The position numbers and the translations under genes are program-made. This document shows, in pieces, positions 53,904 to 64,000 of a stretch of 64,000 nt of DNA (its first letter is position 1; each line of letters begins with the position of its first letter). Source of the DNA: the human T2T-CHM13v2.0 reference genome, Homo sapiens. The notes below the pieces were generated by a model. It was not told where the DNA came from, did not search any database, and worked only from the letters and a program-made list of their open reading frames with translations. The stretch lies in the NCBI RefSeq assembly GCF_009914755.1, contig NC_060947.1. One strand, 5' to 3'.

Positions 53904-54986
53904 TGTTGTGGGAAGTCAGGGACACCGAACAGAGGGACAGGCTGAAGCCATGGCAGAAGAACATAAATTGTGAAGATTTCATGGACATTTATTAGTTCTC
54001 CAAATTAATAATATTATAATTTCTTACGCCTGTCTTTACTGAAATCTCTGAACATAAATTGTGAAGATTTCATGGACACTTATCACTTCCCCAGTCAAAA
54101 CCCTTGTGATTTCCTATGCCTGTCTTTAATCTCTTAATTCCATCATCTTTATAAGCTGAGGAGGATGTATGTCACCTCAGGACCCTGTGATGATTGCGTT
54201 AACTGCACAAATTGTTTGTAGAGCATGTGTGTTTGAACAATATGAAATCTGGGCACCTTGAAAAAAGAACAGGATAACAGCAATGTTCAGGGAACAAGAG
54301 AGATAACCTTAAACTCTGACTGCCGGTGAGCCAGGCGGAACAGAGCCATATTTCCCTTCTTTCAAAAGCAAATGGGAGAAATATCGCTGAATTCTTTTTC
54401 TCAGCAAGGAACATCCCTGAGAAAGAGAATGCGTCCCTGAGGGGAGGCCTCTGAAATGGCCGCTTTGGGGATGGCCGTCTTTTACGGTCACAGCTGTAGG
54501 AATGAAATAAGCCCCAGTCTCCCATAGCACTCCCAGGCTTATTAGGACGTGGAAATTCCCGCCTAATAAATTTTGGCCTGACTGGTTGTCTGCTCTCAAA
54601 CCCTGTCTCCTGATAAGATGTTATCAATGACAATGCGTGCCCGAAACTTCATTAGCAATTTTAATTTCGCCCCAGTCCTGTGGTCCTGTGATCTCGCCCT
54701 GCCTCCATTTGCGTTGTGATAGTCTATTACCTTGTGAAGTATGTGATCTCTGTGACCCACACTCTATTCATACACTCCCTCCCCTTTTGAAAATCACTAA
54801 TAAAAGCTTGCTGGCTTTGCGGCTTGGGGGGCATCACGGAACCTGCTGACATGTGATGTCTCCCCCGGACACCCAGCTTTAAAATTTCTCACTTTTATAC
54901 TCTTTCCTTTTATTTCTCAGACTGGCCGACACTTAGGGAAAATAGAAAAGAACCTACATGACTATCAGGGGCAGGTTCCCCTGAAA
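53904..54986 (+). mobile_element. MER11A solo LTR (HERV-K HML-8)
   Basis: tgttgtgggaagtcagggac...gaacataaattgtgaagatttcatggaca (twice); perfect 6-bp TSD ACTTTA. Confidence 0.95.
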
Positions 54987-55867
54987 ACTTTATTTTATAA
55001 GGAATCTCAGATTTGACTTTAATGACGTAAGCCCAGCCTGTACCTATAAATACCATATTAGTTGGGTAAATTTCTCATCTAGAAGTCCCAAGAAGGCTTG
55101 GGGCTCCTGGGCCTGTCAGAAAGTGACATTCGTTACTTACCACAGGTCAGGAACCTATACAGGGACTGTGTAGATGAGATATGAGGGCAGCTTTCCCAAG
55201 GGGCTTTTATTAGCTCTATAAGTAAACTTTGATTCCTTAAAGGAGTCTTTATCTGATAGTATTCTATTCAAGTCAAAACCCTGGTAAAATAACCAATGTC
55301 TCCAATTGTGTCCTGTTACCAAAGAGAACAGTTTCTTATTGCACTTATGTAAATGACTATATTTCTATAAGTTAAAAATACTCACTAGTGTCTGAATTTT
55401 GAAGAAATTATGTAGAGAGAAATATGCTCCATTTTTTATATGAATATCCTTTACTCAGTTATTAAAAGCTGTAAATAGCTCAAGAGAAAAGTTTTATTGG
55501 CTCTGAAAAACAAAGAAAGGATCAGCAACATTTTCAGCAAAAAGTCATAAAAGGATTATTTCAGTCTTCTATTAGTTCAGTCCATGCAGTTAACTCCTGT
55601 TTTGCTTTATATTCATGAACATTTCAGCTCTCCATGGGAGTCTTGTAAGTTTTTTCACTATTCAAGTGTCACAGTCTCCAAAAACTGCATTCAGGAGCAC
55701 CTGTCAGAGTCCCATGTTAATTATAAAACCACCTTTTCAAAAGAATAAAAGTAAAACAACTGTGGATGACAAAAGTCTTAAAACAGTCATAGCTAAAGAC
55801 CCAATTGATAAGGAAACTTGGTTACTTCTGGGGCAAACAGAAATTTTAAATAATAATCATAATTACT

Positions 55868-55949
55868 ATTAGATTGGTGCAAAAGTAATTGCGATTTTCT
55901 CCATGATAAATAATGGCAAAACCCACAGTTACTTTTACACCAACCTATA
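55868..55949. mobile_element. MADE1 mariner MITE
   Basis: tattagattggtgcaaaagtaattgcg ... agttacttttacaccaacctata, an ~80-bp palindrome. Confidence 0.92.
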
Positions 55950-57338
55950 CTGATAACATATGCTAAAATGTATCAGAATCACAGGAATTTCATACAATTC
56001 TGGAACATACACTGATAACACATTTTTATAAATATAATTCAAAGAAGGTCAAACACTATTTCATATTTAACAATACTTCCTGTATGATTTTATTATATCA
56101 AATAAGCTGAATATGTCTCTTTTGGACTTCAGGGGACTAATATCAAAAATGAAAAAGGACCTAAGTTAGAATTTGACTTTGGAAAGTTTGTCATATATAA
56201 AAAATTGAAAACAGTTGATATTACAAAATAGGACCAAAGGTCATTGCAAAATAAGTCATTCATTTAGTCAAAGTGATAACTCAAAGATTGCAAAAAAAGT
56301 GAAAACCTTTATGCTTTGAGAGAAGAGACTTAATTTTTCAAACAATAAGCCCTAATAAAAACAGCATGAGGCCAATTAAACTTGTTTTTCAAAATTTTAT
56401 AAACAATCTATAAAATTTTAATCATCTTATACCATGAGATATAGTTTCCATAAGCCTTTTTGTAACTTGTGTGACCTTTGTTAAGGAGTAGGTTAATGCT
56501 TCAAGAACACCTTGTTAATCTAACACAGGGGTCCATATGCTGGTCTTGCATCAGTGTGCCTTTGACATTAATGGTTAATTTATAGATAAATTGAACATAT
56601 TTTATCTCTCAAAATTGGCCCTTACAATCTCACATGCCCTCCTCTTTGGCGATAGTCCCTAGCCTTGAGGAATTGAATACTTTGGAATTCTGCCCCTGTG
56701 AATCATGAACACAGTTTACTTTAATTGGCATCTTCTACCAGGTCTGAAGATTAGGCTTTAATTGCTGTCAGTGTTTAAGATTTTGCAGAACCTAGTGTAC
56801 TTTTTAGACCCAGGAGTCAAAGCCCTGTAACTTGATGGCACAAGGAGTTTAAAAGCACATACAGAAAGTTACATAGATGTAATAACTGTTATTAAAATTC
56901 TTTTTAATCTCAGTTTTCTTTAAGCTAACACAGCTTAGTAATAATGAAATAGGGATTATTTTGATAAAGCATAAGATCTGTTTATTAGGCCAGTTACCCA
57001 AAGGCAAAGGAAAAGACCTTCTGCAGTGTGACTGCTGTTTCCTATGGGGAATATTATGTTGATATTATGTTGGCAGGAAACATTCCCTTTAGACCTCTAA
57101 GATAAAACTTTTTTTTTTTTATCAGGCTACAAAAGTTAGAACCAGAAAGGAAAAAAAAAAAAAAAAAAAAAAAACTTACAGGAGCTGAAAATGAGTTGAA
57201 GAATAGAATTATTCTATCAGGCCTTTTAAAAGTGGAGAGAAAGCTAAAAACAGTGAGACACAAAAGTTAAAATTTGCTTTAAATTTTACAATGTCTAATA
57301 ATTTGTTAAGATTAAAGCAATACCTTAAGAAAATTTCA

Positions 57339-57732
<394 letters not shown>

Positions 57733-58248
57733 TTAATTATAGACAACTTGATCACATAAAAGCTTTTTTTCAAAAATTATTTTATTATGACTTACACAAA
57801 CCATTCATGGTATGCGTGGACTTTCTGGTTTGACCTAAACATCCTTGTTTCTTAAACAACCAGTTGTTTTTGTCTAGGAAAAAATTTACCATACAAGATT
57901 CCTTCTCATAAAAAAATTATTTTTCTTTAAGCTTTCTTGCACAAAATACTTCTTTAGTTCCATAACTTTCTTGCATCTCTCTTATTTCCTGATTCTTTTT
58001 ACATGATTTTATACATAACCTTTGAATTAGAAAAAAAATATTCACCTTTTAAAAGGACATACTTTTTTTAGAATGTTTTCCTACAATATTTTTATTGGAA
58101 AATACCCAATTAGTGAAATATGTATTATTTAATTTTATATAACTTTAGATTCTAAATTATCATGTTTGTCTACAAATATCCCATCACATTTACCTAATTA
58201 TTTTAATAGTTTATGCATGAAAACTACAATATTCATCACTTAAAATTA

Positions 58249-58951
58249 TGAAACCACCATCACAGAACTATAACTGACACATTGTAAGAGAGCTGACTTA
58301 ACTGATTCCATCTTGCTTCTAATCTCTAAGCAGTCCTTGCTCATTCCTGGGTGTAGGCTCAACTAACTTTGGAAGAAAGTCATTTGTAGTTTAGCTTTTA
58401 AACAAAGATACTAACAGTCCTCTCCCAGAGCAAACCCCCTTCCTGCATGGGGACTAGACTGCCTAAAGCCACAAGATTAGAAATTATGTTAGGAGCTTTC
58501 AGCTGGAGGCTTCAAGATTCTAAATCTCCTCACATTGCTCCTGGGGATAACATCACTATTGTAAAATGTAAGTTCAGTGCTTGAGATATTTTATAGACCC
58601 TGCACTAGATGAATCAGCTGACACCACCCAGATTAATAAACTGGCTTATCTGGTCTTGCGGCCCCCACCCAGGAACTGACTCAGCATAAGAGGACAGCTT
58701 CATAGGAATATGATTTCATCTTAGAACCAACTAATCAGAACTCCTGACACACTGGCACCCTACCCACCAAATAATCCTTTAAAGACTCTGATCCCCAAAT
58801 TTTTGGGGAGACTGATTTGAATAATAATAAAACTCTGGCCTCCCGCACAGCTGGCTCTGTATGAATTACTCTTTCTCTATTGCAGTTCCCCTGTCTTGAT
58901 AAATTGGTTCTGTCTAGGCAGGGGGCATGGTGAACCCATTGGGTGGTTACA
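58249..58951 (+). mobile_element. LTR8/LTR8A solo LTR
   Basis: tgaaaccacc...ccatcttgcttctaa...gaacccattgggtggttaca; flanks atta/gtta. Confidence 0.88.
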
Positions 58952-61074
58952 GTTATTTCCCTGTCAACCATTTTATAGCCTCTAAATTTCAGGTCTTTAC
59001 AGAAGTAAGAAACTTAATATTAAATAGATGATTATTTTACTAAATTCAAGATTTAGCTATTTCCATTAAACCAATATTAATGTCCTATTTATTAAAAATT
59101 ACACAAGCAAAGATCATCTGTATTTGTCATGGATAATATGAAATCACTTGAGCAATAAATGCAAACAAAGATGTATGCTGGCAATTCTTAAGATATTTCT
59201 AATATTACTTTACCAATAATTTTAAAGCTAGCTTATTAAAGATTTTACTTTAGTCATGTGAACTTGAAAAGCATTTGGGCTTATTATTTAATTTATGAGT
59301 ATGCTTTAAGCCAATTTCATACCTTGTGGCCTAAAACACAACAAAATATGTATACTTAAATATAAATGCACACATACACACTCATACAACCAAAGATACT
59401 ATAGATTTTACTTCAGAACTTTAGCCATCAGCTATTAATACAAACTCACTGGTTTGCAAAAACAGTAACAAAAAAAGATGGTTGGATTCAAACAGTGGAT
59501 TTCATCTTAGTTTGGGAACTTTATAGTTGTAGGTCAACCTTTTGGTTCTGAATTTTCACGGATGTAACTGTGCACAAAAAGACCATATATGTCCATTTTA
59601 CACAAACACTTGCAAGAACAGGTGCCCTAAAACCAAAGGAGTGCCTGAGAGGGGGTCATTCTCTTTGTTTTTCCTCATTCATAGATTATTTGTTTCCAAC
59701 TATTTTTTTAAGGGAGGAACTGAGCTGTGGCCTAGGATTTTAGTGCAGTGAGTAGAAGTGTGCTGGTTATGGGTCGAACTCCACAGAGTGTCACCACTGA
59801 GTCATTTCCACCCTCTCACATGTCTCAGTTTCTCTATCCGGAGGTCTAGACCTGCGAGAGGGCTCAAAATGCAGAGTGACCAGCTCCTATATGCTCTTCT
59901 TGGTCGAGCCTTTTACAGTTAATTTTGTTGGGGGTTTCCTGAAGGGCCACTGACCCCCAGACACTCCCACTTGGCCCCCAGTCACCCAGGGCTGCCTTTT
60001 GGCTGGGATGAGCAAAATGCCCATTCTCCTCAGAGCTGAGGAAACTCAGTGTCTCATTTATTTATGAAAACAACAGTTCAGTTCCTCATACAAATGTGCA
60101 GACAACAATCGAGATTAATTTCAGGAGAAAAAAGGCAGTGGAGAAGACTCTTTAGAATGCCCTTCTGAACTAGTATCAGAATTCTAAACAATAACTTCCT
60201 AGGATACAAAAAAAAGCCAAGACTACTTCCTGTAAACTGCCCTCAGCCATCCCTAAGTTTGTACCACTCATCTGACACTACACACTCCAAGGTCAAATCT
60301 TCTCACCATACAATGTAATCTCTGGTAACCCCAAAGCCAAAGAGCTCAGGTAATGCAATACAGGAGAGCAGAGCTTTAGACCTAAGAAGAATCTACCCAT
60401 TACTCTTGAAATGCCACAAAAAGAAAACAGGACACCCCAAAAGGGGTGAGTGTCACAGTTGAAACATTATGGAATGAGATAATGGGAATGAAAATATTAT
60501 GTAAACTCTAAAGCACACTATAAAATCTAAACATTACTATTATTATTGAGATTATAGTCATCATTATTTCTTGCTACATCTGGAGTCCTAGAAAGCATGA
60601 TCTTCATTAAACACTGGAGAATTTCAGTTGGCAGAACAATTTTGAGTTGAAAACCTTTAATGTTGAAATTCATTGAGTGTATGATTGCTTAGGGGAGTGC
60701 AATAGATAATAAATGACTAGAGATGGAAAAGCTGTTGGAATCTCACCTTTGGCAAAAATTGCTCTATGAGCCAGAACATCATAGAGTTGGCTGTAGTCTC
60801 TGGATATGGTGTTACTTGAGTGTCCTATCAGTAAAGCTTATAGAGTCTTCAGGGTTACCGTTTAACAACAGCCTCAGAGTCATAATCTACCAGTCATTGG
60901 GTAACTGGTTCTAGGACACCTTTATTGGATGCTCAAGTCACCTTCTTACTTACCTCCTTCTGATTTGATTTTCTGCCCCAAAACAGCTTGTTAAACTCCT
61001 GGTAGTAACGTGTAATCAGCTAAATTTCACCTTCTCCCCAAACAAGGATACTATTTTTCGCCTTACATATAGAC

Positions 61075-61170
61075 TCTTTTATTTAATCACTTCTTCATAG
61101 ATAGGGAAACCAAAGATCATGAGATTAAGTGATTAGTACATTCACTTGGACAATAGTTCAGGCACTAGGA
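61075..61170 (-). mobile_element. MIR fragment
   Basis: catagatagggaaaccaaagatcatgagattaagtga. Confidence 0.55.
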
Positions 61171-61179
61171 CAGTAATTT

Positions 61180-61420
61180 ACATAGCTGAGACAGGTTTCC
61201 TCTGCTCACACTTTGGGAACTGACAGTTTTCTGCCTGTCCCACAAAATGTGCAGCAGTGTGCCACTTCTTTCAAAGGATCTGTGAATTCTTTCAGTTTTC
61301 CTGGTATGCTCCTGTGGTGGTACCTGGAACAAAAGTTCACAGTATACATCTCCACATACTGTTCTGTCCATCCCAGTAGGAGATGCACTTTAGCCCTGCC
61401 TTCTAGCTGCCATCTTCCTC
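61180..61420 (-). mobile_element. Orphan 5' end of an L1PB-type element
   Basis: ttctttcaaaggatctgtgaattctttcagttttcctggtatg...gccatcttcc (minus strand GGAAGATGGCAGCTAG). Confidence 0.75.
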
Positions 61421-61519
61421 CTGTCTCCAGACGAACATAATTTTGATTGGCAGCATTTCCTATTTGTAATGGATCTAGTTAACGATTCATTTTTTCCCAG
61501 AGACATAATTGGGTTATAA

Positions 61520-61770
61520 TTATTTAAAGCATTAGTTTTGATATCAGAGACTTGGGTTTTTATCACAGATCTGCCACTTACTAGCTCTATGGTTTAAAAC
61601 AAGTTAGTCCCTTATACTTTTTGGAGTTTCAGTGTTCTCCCCTGTAAAAAAAAAAAAAAAAGTAATAAAAATACCAACTTCATAGGATTGTGGACATTAA
61701 ATGTGACTCTGCGAAGAATGAACTTAGCACAGTGGCTGTTGCATAACAAGTGCTCCACAAATATTATCTC
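61520..61770 (+). mobile_element. MIR
   Basis: tcagagacttgggtt...ctgccacttactagct...ctgtaaaa...cataggattgtggacattaaatg. Confidence 0.85.
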
Positions 61771-61849
61771 TGGTTATTACAACAGAAAGTGGGCTTAGGG
61801 TAACAGGTGAATTTGTACTCTGGCTGGATCTAAGAGGAACGACACTAGT

Positions 61850-62085
61850 GTAGTGTTGCCAGTAAAACACAGGATACCCAGTTACATTTGAATTATGTAT
61901 ATGTTTTTCATATAAGTACGTGTCTGTTTTTTCACATAAGCATGTGTCATTTAAGTATATGTTTTTCATATAAGTATGTGTCATTTAAGTATATATTTGA
62001 GCACATTCGTGCTAAAAATATTCTTTGTTTATATGAAATTCAAATTTAACTAGGTGTCTTATTTTTTATTTACTAAGCATGGCTT
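61850..62085. mobile_element. MER53 palindromic MITE with an internal tandem duplication
   Basis: tagtgttgccagtaaaacacaggatacccagttacatttgaatt ... aattcaaatttaactaggtgtcttatttt. Confidence 0.8.
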
Positions 62086-62289
62086 AGTGAGCACCCACTT
62101 TCTCGAAGACTCCCCTGAGGAATGTGTCAGAAAACTCATGTCATTGAGTTGTAGTTTGTTCCTCTTGGGTGAACCACTACTTCTGAGAGTCTACTGAGCT
62201 TCCCTCTGGCTGTGATAAAGTAGAAATATTCTGGTGTTGTCATCTTAAAGAATATACATTAATTTTCAGTGTTTACTCGGGGTCATATA

Positions 62290-62510
62290 TGGTGTCTTGC
62301 ATGTTAATTTCATTAATATATTTAGGATCACTCTCCAACAGTCTTAGGCGTTTAGTGCTTTGATATTGTCATTTTGAAAAATAAGGAAACTACGGTTCAC
62401 AGAGGTTAAATGACCTTTCCTGTGAGAAGAGTTAGTAAATAAGGGAACATGCACTTGAATGGCAGTAGACTAAATTGCAGTCCCGTGTTCTTATGCTGTA
62501 TGCTCTGCTG
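62290..62510 (-). mobile_element. MIR
   Basis: cattttgaaaaataaggaaactacggttcacagaggttaaatgacct. Confidence 0.75.
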
Positions 62511-64000
62511 CACATATATACCAAATATGCAGTATGGTCTACAACCACGACAGATAATTCTGTGAAAATATACTGTAGAAAGTGTTATATTTCCCCAGGA
62601 ACCAGGTTGAGGAAGCCAGCTGTCATACCTGCTTCAGAGTGAAGGCCTGGTTAGAGCTCCTTCACATGGACATAGCACAGCTCTCTACTTGTCTTCTGTC
62701 TTTTAAGTTAAAGCCTAGCTCATTTATCTGAGATTTTTACTAGGTTGTTGGATTCCATTCATGAAGTTAAAATCTCTGAAGCAGGAACTATAGTCTTTTG
62801 TTATCTCTCTTAATTTCATTAAGTATATCAGTCTTACATGAAACAGAGCCAGCAACATAAGGTACTATTCTAGCACGTGTTTGGGATCCATTGATAATAT
62901 GAAATATAAAATATATGTCTTTTACAGGATAGTCTATCTGGTTTCCTTAAAGCCAAAATGAAAACCTTTCAGCATAGAAATCCCACTAAGAGTTTAACTA
63001 GTCTCAGACTCTTCGGGGAGGCCTGAAAAGAGGCATTTTTTTTTTAACACAGTTTTCATTGTGGAGGCCATATTCAATTGCTCTTTAGAATTGCATAAGA
63101 ATGGTTTAATGCTGACCTTGCTGCTAACCATCTTTTTTTACAGCATTCTATTCTCTTTGCTAAAATGTGTTATATCAGGTAGCAATTAAACAGGCAAGGA
63201 AGGCAAAGAACCTTAGAAATCCCTTATTAGAATCAGACAAAGCTATTCAACCAAAGCCTATCCTATACACTGACTTCTGAAATTAGAAGACAACAAAATA
63301 ACAAAGCAAACATTCAGCCATAGTACCTTCTTTTAAAGAATATCTTACTTTCCTTCCAAATTTTGCCCCTCTTCTGTCCTGCATACCAGTGATCTATCTT
63401 TGACCCCTTTCATCATTTATGTTTCAGGCCCCATAAATCCTTGCTTAGATAAATCATATACAGTCTTCTTCCTACTCTGAGAAGCAAGTACCTTTAATTT
63501 GTTTTAAGAGAATGCCTCATTCTCAGATTATTGGTTTGAGCAAAGAAAGCATGATTAGCTTGCATCACACACCATACAATCTGAGGATGGTTCCTCACAG
63601 GGATTTTTAATAAGGGCTGTTCTGGCTTAGCTCCAAAATCCAAAGTGCCCACAATTGCATGCTCCCAGGCACTTCACTTGCCCTGAAATGTAGGCAATAA
63701 TTGTTGAATTGAGCTCTGGGAGAGAGAGATGCCAGACTGCGGTTCATGTGTAGGGATCCTAGGACCCAGGCATAGAGTGATGTACTTGAGTCCAAACAGA
63801 GACCCAGTCATACTGCTCTGAGAACTGCATCAGCTGGGGGCCTGGGAAATTTTCAGATATGTACCATGAATCCCCTAAAATGTTATGCATCAGCCATGCA
63901 GCTTTTACGTTTGTTAATATTTCATTGACTCAGCAATAGGCACTATACAAATCAGAGAGTTCTGTTTCCCAGAACAAAATAGATCTTTGGAATTTAAATT

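Noticed and set aside
53958-54080. Direct repeat gaacataaattgtgaagatttcatggaca
   Set aside because: A standard feature of the MER11A consensus as recalled.

Overview
This is AT-rich primate (human-like) intergenic or deep-intronic DNA, with no credible protein-coding gene. Every ORF in the supplied track that resembles a known protein or repeat falls on decayed L1 or MaLR sequence, antisense Alu or simple repeats, and the rest are short with no supporting exon structure. The main content is: a near full-length L1MA-type LINE (minus, about 1.2-9.2 kb) carrying an unclassified CpG-rich 708-bp solo LTR; a THE1 element whose two LTRs look like different subfamilies; several MaLR solo LTRs; L1PA, L2 and MIR fragments; about nine Alus, including a young AluYc1-like copy; a tailless 5S rRNA retropseudogene; DNA-transposon MITEs; and an 8-kb MER4-group provirus remnant with five nested insertions. 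Notable non-TE structures are a perfect 29-bp VNTR and an ancient degenerate 30-bp minisatellite rich in ACCACA/ACTAGT motifs. Subfamily names come from recalled consensus sequences, not from a database search. I see no evidence of a new multi-gene system. The interesting signals are repeat-evolution and DNA-repair footprints, plus a few candidate regulatory elements.
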